A stretch of 64,000 bases of DNA from Patescibacteria group bacterium (GCA_018971045.1 JAGWVF010000002.1:1133-65132), one strand, 5' to 3'. Counted from the stretch's first letter, positions 1 to 10,287 are shown. Notes: generated from the letters alone by a model not told the origin. Numbers and translations are program-made.

Positions 1-1
1 T

Positions 2-3000
2 CTCGTCGGCGGCTCCTCCGGCACCCTCACCCTCGCAACCAACGGCACCGCTCTCACGAAGCTCTCCCAGATCGCCGCCAACACGCTCCTCGCGAACCCC
101 ACCGGCGCTCCAGGGAACGTGCAGGCCGTCGCCACTTCATCTCTCGGACTTACCGTCTCTTCTTTCGCCTCACCGAATATTTCTCAGTGGACAAATAACT
201 CCGGCTATCTCACGACGGTAAATAACGGCAACTGGTCGGGCACTCAGCTCTCAGTAGCGAATGGTGGAACCGGCTCCACGACTCTTACGGGGATCCTGAA
301 AGGCGCAGGAACAAGCCAAATCGGGACGGCAGTAAACGGCACCGACTACACGCTGATCACCGCGAACACCTGCGGCGCGGGGAATCACGTCTCTGCTATC
401 ACGGCGGCCGGAGTCATCACGTGTTCGGCAGACACAGGAGGAACAGGAGCGCCATTTGCCTGGACTCCGACTTCATGGGGCGTCTCCACTTCTACAACCC
501 TCGGCTTCCTTAATGGCTTCATCTCTACGGCATCCTCGACATTCACTGCCTCTCCGATTATCTCGAGTCTCGCAACACCAGCGGGCACTTTCCTAGCCGC
601 TGACCCGACTGGAAAGATAATCGCCACCACGACACCGAGTGGAGGCGCATCTGCCGTTGGCGGTACTGGCGCCGTGCAATTTGCAAATGGCACTGCCTTC
701 AATGGAGATTCATCTAATTTCTTCTGGGACAACACTAATAAACGCCTCGGCCTCGGTACCACCTCTCCCTGGGCTACGCTCTCCATCGCTCCCGCTACAA
801 GAGCAACGCCCTTCGCCGTCGCCTCGTCCTCAGGCTCGACTCTCTTCGCGATAAATCCGGCAGGGCAGGCGGTCTTCGGCACCACCACCTCCGCCAACAT
901 CTTCCTAAACGGCGGGGGAGACGTTACGAGCCCGTCGAGCGTAGGCAACAACGTCGCCATCGGCAATAAGGCCTTCTCCTACTACGATCCGACACAAGCC
1001 ACCAACAACATCGCCATGGGCTATCAGGCGCTCTATGGGAAATCTGGTACGCCGATGACCGGCACCGATAACTTTGCCGCAGGGTATCAAGCTGGCAACT
1101 ACAATACTTCCGGATCAAACAACTTCTTCATCGGAAACTTAGCCGGCTATAAAAACACCTCCGGCTACAATAACTTCTTCGTCGGCAACTCTGCCGGCTA
1201 CTCTAACGATGGTGGTGCCATTAATACCTTCATCGGCCCCAATGCCGGCAAGAACAACTACATCGGCTCCAACAACTTCTTCGTCGGCAACTCTGCCGGC
1301 TTCTCCAACTTCTCTGGTGGATCTAACGTCTTCCTCGGTACCTCTGCCGGCTACACTAACTACACCGGCTCCAACAACTTATTCTTCGGCACTCAAGCCG
1401 GTTCCTCCAACTACACCGGCAATTACAACACCTTCATCGGCTACCAAACGGGCACCTACAACTCCTCCGGAGGGAACAACGTCGGCGTCGGCTATAACAC
1501 TCTCTTTAACGTTACCACCGGCTCTGACAACTACATGCTTGGCGATACGCAGAACTCTGGCGGCAACAACATCACCACAGGCGGAAACAACATATTGCTC
1601 GGGTACAACGCCGGCATCGGCACCACGACAAGCACCAGCAACTTCCTCAACCTCGGCAACTCCTTCTTCGGCACTCTTATCGCTAAAAGCGCCTTGACCT
1701 CGCTCCCGACCTCCTTCTCCGGAGCCTCCTTCGCGATTGCCACCTCGGGCACGCTCTATAACAGCACGCTCTCGGTGCAGAACAATGCGTCCGCAAGCTC
1801 GGTCCTCTCACTCTATTCAAATGCAGGAGTGAAAGTGTTCGGTGTCTCAGATGGCGGCATCGCCTCGACCACGGGTCTCATCGTCTCAAATGCTGGCGGC
1901 ATCGCAGGTTGCGCCACCTTCGCCGCTGACGGCACGATCAGCAATACGCACGGCGCGTGCGGCGGATCAGGAACGTATCCCTTCACCCCCGCAACGAACT
2001 TCAACGCATCAGCGTCAGCGACCACCACCGCGCTCTGGGCCCAGGCCGGCCTCTTCGCCTCCTCGACCTCGGCGTATCCGACCCTCGCCGTCTCCCAGCT
2101 CGGCGCAGGAGCCGCCGCGACCTTCATGGGCGGCAACGTGGGGATCGGCACCACGAGCCCGTGGGCTCAGCTCTCGGTGAATCCGGACGGCATCACCGGC
2201 CCCGCCTTCGCGATCGGGTCGTCGTCAATGACCTACGCGATGGTCGATAATGCCGGTCGATTCTATATCGGCACCACTACCGATTCGGTGAATGCGGCCA
2301 ATACCGCTGGTCTCACCGTCAATATGGGGAACACGAATGCGAGCGAGAATGCGATCAACGCGTACGGCAATGTGAACGATTTTCTCCAAATCCAAACGCA
2401 GAACTTCTCTAAGGGATCCGCCGCCCAGTCCGGGTTCTCGGCAACGGCCGACAACGGCACCCAGACTACGGGCTTTATGTGGATGGGCATCAACAACTCG
2501 AACTTTTGGAATCCGCAGCCGTACAATGTGGGCGGCCCGGGGGACACCAGCCTCCTCGGTCTCGGGAATGACATGTATATCGCCAACGGTTCAGCGAACA
2601 AGAACCTCTACTTCCTCGCGGGCGGCGTCTCGACCTCGACTAACCTCGCGATGACGATCACGAGCGCGAATATGATCGGCATCGGCACCACCTCTCCCTG
2701 GGCGAGTCTCTCATTAATTACAAATGACGCCGCCGATGCAATTACGGCCGGCCCGGCATTCGTCGTCGCGACGACGAGCAATTGGACATCCTCTGGCGGC
2801 AACGGCATCCAGGCGCCGCTCATCTTCGCCACCGCGACAACCTCGGGCATGCTTGATTACGCGCGCGTCTCGATAGGAGCCACCTCCACGTGGGCGAGCG
2901 CGGCTGGGCTTCGAGACCAGTTCACCGTTGCGGGGCGCATCTATCAGACATGGGCGTATATGTCGTGCGATATTCCTTCCAGTGCGGGAGCGAACACGAA

Positions 3001-5683
3001 TGCGCTCTCCGCCGATACGAACGCCGCCTGCGGCAACTTCTTCCTCGATACTCTTACTGACGGCGCGGCATACACTCAGACAGGAATATACCCGGCGGTG
3101 ATGCTCCTCTCTCCAGGCATCGCCGCTACCTTCGCGGCGAATGAGGGCGTCTCTCTCCGCGAATGGGGGAACACGATGCCGGCGACCTCGAGCCCGGTGC
3201 TCGAGGTTCGCGGACGCATCACGAACATTACGTCGACGTCAACAATGTATATCATCGGATTCTCGGATACTCCCGCGAACACGACCGCCTCAGCCGGGTC
3301 CTACCCGGCAAACGGAGTATTCTTCGAGGCGTCGTCCACCTCTAATACCTGGAGGGCGACGACTCGCGTGAACGGAGTCAGCGTGGGATACGTCGATACC
3401 GGTGTAGGGACGACGACCGCGCTCTCGAATGGTGTACTCAACCGCTTCCGCATCGAGGTAACCCCTACCACCAACACCTTCCTTATTGACGGCAATGTTG
3501 TCGCTGTGACGAGACCGGTCGCCGCACCGTATAAGCCGATGGCCCCGATGGTGTTCGTCGTGCGCGCGAACGGCGCCCTGGCGGCGGCAGTCAACACGAA
3601 CGGAGCGGTGGCCTCCTTCAGTGTCGCCTCGATGCGGGCGTGGGACGACGATCCGCCGGATAGCCTTCAGGTCGGCGCGCCGTCATTTACGAGCCAGGCC
3701 GCTCCGCCGTACGATCCGTTACAGGGAGCCGATATCGCCGAAAACGAGCTCGTGGACGCGCCGGGCGCGTATATCCCTGGGATGATCGTGTCCGCCGCGT
3801 CGGGGACCAGCTCGGCGATGGTGTCGAGATCGTCCGGCCGCTACGACAATGGAATCTTAGGCGTCGTCTCTACGTCTCCGAACTCGACGCTCGGCGCGCA
3901 GAGCGACCAGTCGGTGCGGGTCGGCATACTCGGACGGGCGCCGGTGATCGTCTCGCTTGAAAACGGCCCTATTCATAAAGGCGATCGCATCACGAGCTCC
4001 TCTCTTGGCGGCATCGGGATGCGCTCCGGTCAGGCGGGGAGAGTCGTCGGCATCGCGCTCCAAGACTTCTCCGGAGGCGCGTGCGACTCCTCGCTCGCGG
4101 GCGACGTGCGAGGCACGGGCGTAGCGGTACCCGAAACGGCGTGTCTCGGCACCGTCCTCGTGTCTCTCCAAGTGGGAACGGATATCGGGATCACGACGCT
4201 GTATCAAGACGGGTCGGTAAACTCATCAGGAGTTCCGCTTGATAAGATCGCGCTCACGAGCGACAGGCTCACCGTTTCCGGCGCGGCGTTCGCAAAGAGC
4301 TTCGAGGTCCCCGCGGGGATCGGCACAAGCTTCACGCTCGGATCAAGCACGGTAACGGCGACGCTCCCATCCTCAGTCCTTACCGCCTCGAGCACCGTCG
4401 ATCTCTACAAGCTCGCGACGTATAACCTCTCGGGCGTTGAGGCGCTCGCGAGCAAGATCAGCGCGCAGGATCTCCGCATCGCGTCTCTTGAGACGCGCGT
4501 CGCCGCGCTTGAGAGCGGGGCAGTCGCTGTCGCGACGAGCTCGGCGCTCTCGCTCTCGACCTCCTCTCTGGCGAGCGCACTGAGCGCCGTCGGCGCCTTC
4601 ATCGGCAAGGGCTTCGCACAGTTCGGCACCTTGATCGCCGATCAGTTCGTCGCGGCAACCAATTCAGCCGGCACCTCCTCGGCCGGCACCGTAACGATTC
4701 TTGCCGGGAATACCGTTGCCAAGGTGAACAACAGCTATGTCCTCCCGACTTCCAAGATCTTCGTGACGCTCACGGCCTCGACCACCGGATCGTGGTATAT
4801 CAGCGATAAACAACCCGGCTCATTCAAGCTCGTACTCTCTGAACCGCAGACGAATGACATCTCCTTCGACTACTTCATCGTTCAGACGGAAGGGCAGGTC
4901 GCGACCTCGACGCCTGATTCGACGACGGTCAGCCAGTCGAGCGGTCCGGACACGACGGCCCCCGTGATCACCGTCCTCGGCGACAATCCGCTCCACCTCT
5001 CGATCGGAGGCACTTTCACCGAGCCGGGAGTAACGGTACTTGATAATGTGGACGGAACGACGGATCCGATAATCACCTTTGTGAACGGCGTTCAGCAGGT
5101 CGCGAATGCCTCGACGATTAGCACGTCGATCGCGACGACGTATATCATTACCTACTCGGCGACCGACAAGGCGGGGAACAGCTCGAGCGCGACGCGCTCG
5201 GTGATTGTCGGGAATCCGGACGGTACAGTAACGATCACTCCTCCTGCCACCTCGACGCCGCCCACTACGCCGCCCGCCGCCACCTCGACGCCGGCTGACA
5301 CGACGCCTCCGGTTGTTACCCTGAACGGATCGGCGGCGATGCAGATCTCGATCGGCAACGCTTTCATCGATCCGGGAGCGACCGCGAATGATGCCGTTGA
5401 CGGAAACTTGACCGCCACGATCGTTAAAACCGGCTCAGTCAATACGAACGCCGCCGGCCTCTATACGCTGACCTACTCGGCAACCGACAAAGCGGGGAAC
5501 ACCGGTTCCGCCTCGCGCGTGGTAACGGTCGTGGCGGCGTCGTCAACTCCGCCCGTGGTACCCGTCGCACCTCCCGCACCGACTGCGGCTACCTTGACAA
5601 CTTCGACTCCGGCCGCGCCGACTAGTTCGACGCCGCCCGCCACCGCTTCTTCATCGCCGACAACAGCCGCCTTGACGTCATGA
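2..5683 (+). CDS. Giant surface adhesin / tail-fibre-like protein (5'-partial) with beta-helix repeats, IGTTSP repeats, short coiled coil and two C-terminal DUF5011-like Ig domains
   Basis: Frame is open from base 2 (LVGGSSGTLTL...) into the 119..5683 ORF. Motifs: LSVANGGTG, GLGTTSPWA / GIGTTSPWA, N-x-F-x-G-x-x-AG repeats, QDLRIASLETRVAALE, two DTT(A/P)PV..L.G....YT/IITYSATDKAGN modules, Pro/Thr/Ala tail. Confidence 0.8.
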   Translation, partial: LVGGSSGTLTLATNGTALTKLSQIAANTLLANPTGAPGNVQAVATSSLGLTVSSFASPNISQWTNNSGYLTTVNNGNWSGTQLSVANGGTGSTTLTGILKGAGTSQIGTAVNGTDYTLITANTCGAGNHVSAITAAGVITCSADTGGTGAPFAWTPTSWGVSTSTTLGFLNGFISTASSTFTASPIISSLATPAGTFLAADPTGKIIATTTPSGGASAVGGTGAVQFANGTAFNGDSSNFFWDNTNKRLGLGTTSPWATLSIAPATRATPFAVASSSGSTLFAINPAGQAVFGTTTSANIFLNGGGDVTSPSSVGNNVAIGNKAFSYYDPTQATNNIAMGYQALYGKSGTPMTGTDNFAAGYQAGNYNTSGSNNFFIGNLAGYKNTSGYNNFFVGNSAGYSNDGGAINTFIGPNAGKNNYIGSNNFFVGNSAGFSNFSGGSNVFLGTSAGYTNYTGSNNLFFGTQAGSSNYTGNYNTFIGYQTGTYNSSGGNNVGVGYNTLFNVTTGSDNYMLGDTQNSGGNNITTGGNNILLGYNAGIGTTTSTSNFLNLGNSFFGTLIAKSALTSLPTSFSGASFAIATSGTLYNSTLSVQNNASASSVLSLYSNAGVKVFGVSDGGIASTTGLIVSNAGGIAGCATFAADGTISNTHGACGGSGTYPFTPATNFNASASATTTALWAQAGLFASSTSAYPTLAVSQLGAGAAATFMGGNVGIGTTSPWAQLSVNPDGITGPAFAIGSSSMTYAMVDNAGRFYIGTTTDSVNAANTAGLTVNMGNTNASENAINAYGNVNDFLQIQTQNFSKGSAAQSGFSATADNGTQTTGFMWMGINNSNFWNPQPYNVGGPGDTSLLGLGNDMYIANGSANKNLYFLAGGVSTSTNLAMTITSANMIGIGTTSPWASLSLITNDAADAITAGPAFVVATTSNWTSSGGNGIQAPLIFATATTSGMLDYARVSIGATSTWASAAGLRDQFTVAGRIYQTWAYMSCDIPSSAGANTNALSADTNAACGNFFLDTLTDGAAYTQTGIYPAVMLLSPGIAATFAANEGVSLREWGNTMPATSSPVLEVRGRITNITSTSTMYIIGFSDTPANTTASAGSYPANGVFFEASSTSNTWRATTRVNGVSVGYVDTGVGTTTALSNGVLNRFRIEVTPTTNTFLIDGNVVAVTRPVAAPYKPMAPMVFVVRANGALAAAVNTNGAVASFSVASMRAWDDDPPDSLQVGAPSFTSQAAPPYDPLQGADIAENELVDAPGAYIPGMIVSAASGTSSAMVSRSSGRYDNGILGVVSTSPNSTLGAQSDQSVRVGILGRAPVIVSLENGPIHKGDRITSSSLGGIGMRSGQAGRVVGIALQDFSGGACDSSLAGDVRGTGVAVPETACLGTVLVSLQVGTDIGITTLYQDGSVNSSGVPLDKIALTSDRLTVSGAAFAKSFEVPAGIGTSFTLGSSTVTATLPSSVLTASSTVDLYKLATYNLSGVEALASKISAQDLRIASLETRVAALESGAVAVATSSALSLSTSSLASALSAVGAFIGKGFAQFGTLIADQFVAATNSAGTSSAGTVTILAGNTVAKVNNSYVLPTSKIFVTLTASTTGSWYISDKQPGSFKLVLSEPQTNDISFDYFIVQTEGQVATSTPDSTTVSQSSGPDTTAPVITVLGDNPLHLSIGGTFTEPGVTVLDNVDGTTDPIITFVNGVQQVANASTISTSIATTYIITYSATDKAGNSSSATRSVIVGNPDGTVTITPPATSTPPTTPPAATSTPADTTPPVVTLNGSAAMQISIGNAFIDPGATANDAVDGNLTATIVKTGSVNTNAAGLYTLTYSATDKAGNTGSASRVVTVVAASSTPPVVPVAPPAPTAATLTTSTPAAPTSSTPPATASSSPTTAALTS

Positions 5684-5767
5684 TCATCTCGCCACTGTTG
5701 CAAAAGACGGTGCGGGGTACAGGCCATTCGATGGCAGAGACACCAGCTGGGCGACGGATCATCCCCC

Positions 5768-5796
5768 CAAAATCAGTCATCGGATGACTGATTTTG
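5768..5796. repeat. REP-like palindrome family 1, copy 1 (centre G at 5782), followed by a 12-bp tandem duplication at 5797-5808
   Basis: CAAAATCAGTCATC-G-GATGACTGATTTTG, perfect 14-bp arms; TGACTGATTTTG repeated immediately after. Confidence 0.9.
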
Positions 5797-5814
5797 TGAC
5801 TGATTTTGGTGGGT

Positions 5815-6459
5815 TTAGTCTACGAGCGAACTCAGTCCGGCCAAATCTGTTTTGGAGATGAGGTTTTCTATTTCGTTTTCGTACGCTCCTCTTGACCCTA
5901 TCATCGGTGTCAGAAATTCACGATGCGAAACGGAAGGGAAATTACGAATGCCGAGATAATCAAGGTGGCTACTCCAACGATATTCTTCAAGATACTTCAA
6001 AGCGCTCAACACATCCTTCACCTCACCTTCGCGCCACTCGGGATACGCGAGATCGAGGGGATTAAGGTGAATGTAATAGGGAATATATATAAAATGTGCA
6101 TCACGTTCGATCAGCACTCGTTTATATTTGCCCTGCCAGAGCGCTCCAGAACGATCGTACCGTTCGTTAAAATATCGGGCGTACCCCATGCTCACCTTCT
6201 TCATAAACAGGGCGATCCCGTTCTCAACCCTTGGTGAAAGGAGAAGATGAAAATGATTTGGCATGAGACAAAATGAATGAATCGTGACAAGAAGTTTCCG
6301 AGCATGCGTTTCTTCACGACGATCGGGCGCTTTTGGATGGAGAGCGAAAGAATGATCGTTGAATGCAAAGAGGTCGTGGATAAACCGAGCGCGGTCGTGA
6401 TCGTCGAGGAACACGTCGCGCTTATCAACGCCGCGATTGTAAATGTGGTAGAAATCCAT
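5815..6459 (-). CDS. REP-associated tyrosine transposase (RAYT, HUH/Y1 family), paralog 1
   Basis: YHIYNRG N-terminus, FCLMPNHFHLLL (HUH), LWQGKYK, YIHLNP (catalytic Tyr region), YRWSSH; flanked on both sides by palindromes. Confidence 0.9.
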   Translation of the reverse strand: MDFYHIYNRGVDKRDVFLDDHDRARFIHDLFAFNDHSFALHPKAPDRREETHARKLLVTIHSFCLMPNHFHLLLSPRVENGIALFMKKVSMGYARYFNERYDRSGALWQGKYKRVLIERDAHFIYIPYYIHLNPLDLAYPEWREGEVKDVLSALKYLEEYRWSSHLDYLGIRNFPSVSHREFLTPMIGSRGAYENEIENLISKTDLAGLSSLVD

Positions 6460-6473
6460 GTTTTCATTATAGC

Positions 6474-6506
6474 CACAAAATCAGTCATCCGATGACTGAT
6501 TTTGTG
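6474..6506. repeat. REP-like palindrome family 1, copy 2 (centre C at 6490), in the RAYT1 promoter
   Basis: CACAAAATCAGTCATC-C-GATGACTGATTTTGTG, 16-bp arms; lies just upstream of the minus-strand TATAAT (6466-6471). Confidence 0.9.
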
Positions 6507-6544
6507 AATTGGGTGGAAGGGGTGGTACGATGGAGATATCGGGT

Positions 6545-9500
6545 ATGAAGGGGTATCTTATTCCGATTCTCCTCGGCGCGGTACTCGCCTGCGCCACACC
6601 GGCATTTGCCGACACGGTTATTAATTCGGACATAACAACCGATACGACCTGGACCGCCGCAGAGAGTCCGTACCTCGTGCAGGGGTTCGTCTCTGTCGGT
6701 GAGGGCGCGACGCTCACCATCGAGCCGGGGGTAACAGTTGAGTTTGAAGACGGCGCATTCCTCGACATTGCCGGCCGTCTTACAGCGGCCGGCTCCGCCG
6801 CCGAGCCGATCACCTTCACCTCGAGGGGCGCATGGTCTCTCAGTCTCGAAGAGGGCGGCTCGGCGGCGATCGATTATGCGAGTCTCCTCCATACAAACAG
6901 CATCGCTGATTTTTCAAGCGGAGTGTTCTCCATAGCGCATGCGCTCATACAGGATTCCGATTCTGGCCTCGGTGTCTATGGCGGGATGCTGACTCTTGAT
7001 ACCGTCACGCTCGACACTGTCAGCGGCGATGCGATCAATCTCAGCGCGTCAAGCGGGTCCCTCAGCCACGTTACGGTCAGGAATGCGAATACGGGGGTGC
7101 AGGTCTATAACGAGAGCCATGCCGACCTCGCGGACTTCATCACCGACCACCTCAAGTCACAGGCGGTTGCGGTTTATGCGCAGAGCAGTGTGACCATCGC
7201 AAGCTCGACGATTGAGCACACGCGGGGCGAGGCACTCGACGTATGGGATTCTTCCGCGCTCACGCTACACAGCGTAGCAGTCGAGGATACTACTGGAGCT
7301 GCTATCGGTGCGTACAATTCAAGCGTCGTCACTGCGGATCATCTCCAGCTTATCGGCGGTACCGAAGACGGCCTCGATACCTACGGCGCGAGCGCGGTCT
7401 CGCTCACCGACGCTACTATCTCGGGCTTCGCGCAGGGCGCGGGTATTGCAGATTATCGAAATGATCCGTCGGCATCTCCGCTTGTCGTCGAGAACACCGA
7501 GATCTGGGGGAATGACACTGGTCTCTTGCTCTACGCTGCCGGCGTCCCGCTTACCTTTACACACAATGCGATCCACGATAATACAGTCGCGGGCATCGTG
7601 ACCTCTGACGCGGTTACGGCTGATCTCTCCAACACCTACTGGGGCGACGCTTCGGGACCCTACAACGATCCCGCGAATCCAGAAGGAAAGGGGAACGCCG
7701 TCGTGCTCGCTCCCGGGAGCGCGGTTACCTTCTCGCCGTGGCTCACGAGTTGGGGCGCTCCACTCCCGTCTAATGTGCTCTTCTTGCCCGGTATCGAGGG
7801 GAGCCGGCTCTACGAGGGGACGGGTTGCGGAAAGGGCCAAGAGGAGCTTCTCTGGGAGCCAGCGGACCCTGCGTGGTACAAGAATCTTTTTCCCGGTGCG
7901 GGCGACGGGAAGGTGAAGGAGCTCGCGCTCAATGCTACGGGACACAGTCTTTGTAGCGATATTTATACGAAGCCCGGCGACATCATCGATTCGGTCAACG
8001 GAACGCGCATCTACCAGTCGCTCAGCGATACGCTGGCAGGGCTTAAAGCGAGCGGAACGATTACTGACTGGCGCGCGGCGGCCTACGACTGGCGGCTCTC
8101 GCTTCCAGATATTATTGCCAAAGGCAGTGAGCACGACGGGCGTATCTACTACGAAGAGGCGACCTCGACGCCGTATCTCGAGCAGACGCTACGCGAGCTC
8201 GCCGCGAGCTCGAAGAGCGGAAAGGTGACAATCATCACACACAGCAATGGCGGCCTCGTCGCCAAGGCGCTTATTACCAAGCTTGGCGCCGACGCGCCGA
8301 ATCTTATCGACAAGGTGCTCTTTGTCGGCGTCCCGCAGACAGGCGCACCGACCGCAGTGGGAGCGATTCTCTACGGCTACCAGCAGGGCATCACGTGGGG
8401 TTATGGGCTCATGACACTCGTGCATGACTACGCGGCGCGCGACTTAGCACAGAACTCGCCAATGTCGTACCACCTCCTGCCATCTGAAGATTATCTCGAG
8501 AGCACGATGGGTGATCCGGACCACCCCGTGATCCGCTTCGCGGGCGCGGGCTACGCGAAGGAGGAAGCGGCCTATGGCGCAACTATCGCGAATCGCGTCG
8601 CGCTCGGCGACTTCCTCTCTGCACGCGAGGGCGGGCGCGCACAGCCGAGCGAGAAGGATGTGAAGAATGCCGCAATCGCAAGTTATGCGCTCTATGGCTA
8701 TGCGACGAGTACGCACGCGGCTCTCGACTCGTGGAGCGCGCCTACAGGCATTGAAGTGGATCAGATTGCCGGCTGGGGCGTCGACACGCTCGCGGGGATC
8801 GACTTCTATTCGTCGCCAGGGAAGTCGAACCGGCTCTTCAGGCCGATCTTTGTCGAAGACGGTGATGGTACAGTCCCGGTCCCGAGCGCGCTCCAGATGG
8901 CGTCAGATACGAATGTGAAGAGGTATTGGATTGATTTGCATGGATATTACAACGACACGAAGAAGAAATTATCTCATGAGAACTTGTTTGAATTGCCGCA
9001 ACTTGAGGAATATTTGAAACAGCGTATCACAGATGCCCAGCAATCCTTGCCGCAGTATCTAGTATCGCAGCAGCCCAATTCTGCTTCACTTAGTAAGAAG
9101 CTCATCTTCTTCCTTCACTCACCACTCACGCTCCAAGCGAGCGACTCATCGGGGCGCGTTACCGGTCTCGCGATCGACGGAACGATCACCGAGGATATTC
9201 CCGGTTCGACCTACGGCGAGCTCGGCGAGGTGAAATATCTCATCGTCCCCGAGGGTGATGAGTACTTGCTCACGCTCCACGGCCAAGATGCCGGCGCCTT
9301 CTCGCTCGATATCGAGGAGAGCCAGGCAGGTGTCGTCTCCAGGGCCGCGACTCTGGCCGATCTGCCGACTACCGCGAGCACTACCGCGACGATGACCGTG
9401 TCGAATCTCGACACCCATTCAGATTTAACCGTTGATGAAAATGGAGATGGTAAAAATGTTTTCACTCTCTCGCCTGTAGTTGGGCAGACTGTCACCTATA

Positions 9501-9847
9501 AGCCGCTCCCGCCTCCAGCTCCAGTGGCCGCGCCAGAGGCGCCAGTCGTCACGAGTTGGGGGTCAGCGGTGATGTTACCAGCGCCTATACTCTCGACCAC
9601 GACACCAGTAGTAGCGGCGGTTGCCACTACTACAGCATCAACAACGCCGGTTCGGGTTGTCGTTGCCGTAGCTCCAAAGCAGTCACAAGAGAAGCGGCGC
9701 GTGGCGACTCTCACTAGGCAACTGGTCACGCCGAAGGTAGCAGCTATGAGTACCTCGACTTCTCAACACCCAAGTAGAATGAGCTTCACCGCATCGGTCT
9801 ATAATGGGTTTAGAGTGATTTGGTCGATATTCAAGAATCTCTTCTGA
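6545..9847 (+). CDS. Secreted right-handed beta-helix + alpha/beta-hydrolase (LCAT/lipase-like) protein
   Basis: Signal peptide MKGYLIPILLGAVLACATPAFA; TTWTAAESPY...LTIEPGV beta-helix start; VLFLPGIEGS, YDWRL, ITHSNGGL nucleophile elbow, DGDGTVP, SHENL; HSP..L domain; start refined to ATG 6545. Confidence 0.8.
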   Translation: MKGYLIPILLGAVLACATPAFADTVINSDITTDTTWTAAESPYLVQGFVSVGEGATLTIEPGVTVEFEDGAFLDIAGRLTAAGSAAEPITFTSRGAWSLSLEEGGSAAIDYASLLHTNSIADFSSGVFSIAHALIQDSDSGLGVYGGMLTLDTVTLDTVSGDAINLSASSGSLSHVTVRNANTGVQVYNESHADLADFITDHLKSQAVAVYAQSSVTIASSTIEHTRGEALDVWDSSALTLHSVAVEDTTGAAIGAYNSSVVTADHLQLIGGTEDGLDTYGASAVSLTDATISGFAQGAGIADYRNDPSASPLVVENTEIWGNDTGLLLYAAGVPLTFTHNAIHDNTVAGIVTSDAVTADLSNTYWGDASGPYNDPANPEGKGNAVVLAPGSAVTFSPWLTSWGAPLPSNVLFLPGIEGSRLYEGTGCGKGQEELLWEPADPAWYKNLFPGAGDGKVKELALNATGHSLCSDIYTKPGDIIDSVNGTRIYQSLSDTLAGLKASGTITDWRAAAYDWRLSLPDIIAKGSEHDGRIYYEEATSTPYLEQTLRELAASSKSGKVTIITHSNGGLVAKALITKLGADAPNLIDKVLFVGVPQTGAPTAVGAILYGYQQGITWGYGLMTLVHDYAARDLAQNSPMSYHLLPSEDYLESTMGDPDHPVIRFAGAGYAKEEAAYGATIANRVALGDFLSAREGGRAQPSEKDVKNAAIASYALYGYATSTHAALDSWSAPTGIEVDQIAGWGVDTLAGIDFYSSPGKSNRLFRPIFVEDGDGTVPVPSALQMASDTNVKRYWIDLHGYYNDTKKKLSHENLFELPQLEEYLKQRITDAQQSLPQYLVSQQPNSASLSKKLIFFLHSPLTLQASDSSGRVTGLAIDGTITEDIPGSTYGELGEVKYLIVPEGDEYLLTLHGQDAGAFSLDIEESQAGVVSRAATLADLPTTASTTATMTVSNLDTHSDLTVDENGDGKNVFTLSPVVGQTVTYKPLPPPAPVAAPEAPVVTSWGSAVMLPAPILSTTTPVVAAVATTTASTTPVRVVVAVAPKQSQEKRRVATLTRQLVTPKVAAMSTSTSQHPSRMSFTASVYNGFRVIWSIFKNLF

Positions 9848-9852
9848 AATAT

Positions 9853-10287
9853 ATGAGAAAAAACGTCTTACAATTTCTACCAGTACTAATTTGCGCCACT
9901 ACACTCGGCTTCGGCGAATTTAGTAGATGGTGTGTTCGCGAGGGCAATTTTTGTTACCGGACAGTAATCGACCAGGTGATTCCCTCGATCATTTATCCAG
10001 CATATTTCTTCGCGCTTTACACTCTGCCCATAGCTCTCGTTCTCGTTTTTGTCCCCAGGCCAGTTTTCAAATCATGGCTCAAGTTTGCTGTGTGGGCGAT
10101 CCCGCTCGCAGTTATCCGCATCGCATTTACTCCGGTCTATCCAGGCGGCATGAATCTTTTCTCCTACGTTCGTGACGACGCCGCGCGCGATATGGGTTTT
10201 ATCTTTATGATTGTGAGTTTGTTGGTCATCGCCTTCGCCAGGCGCGGCGAGCGCAAATTAGTGAATAAGGAAACCGTAAATCCCTAA
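9853..10287 (+). CDS. Small multi-pass membrane protein, hypothetical
   Basis: 144 aa with about 4 hydrophobic segments, starts 5 bp after the hydrolase stop, visibly AT-richer than flanks. Confidence 0.7.
   Translation: MRKNVLQFLPVLICATTLGFGEFSRWCVREGNFCYRTVIDQVIPSIIYPAYFFALYTLPIALVLVFVPRPVFKSWLKFAVWAIPLAVIRIAFTPVYPGGMNLFSYVRDDAARDMGFIFMIVSLLVIAFARRGERKLVNKETVNP

Noticed and set aside
940-1670. AAC-rich repeats as a DGR template or variable region
   Set aside because: No reverse transcriptase and no repeat pair differing only at adenines; explained by Asn-rich beta-helix coding repeats.
2-5683. Prophage suggested by tail-fibre-like motifs
   Set aside because: No other phage genes in the window; cell-surface Ig-like domains and housekeeping context argue for a cellular adhesin.
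5815-6459. IS200/IS605 TnpA element
   Set aside because: No tnpB; the protein has the longer RAYT-type C-terminus (YRWSSH), and the palindromes also occur away from the gene.
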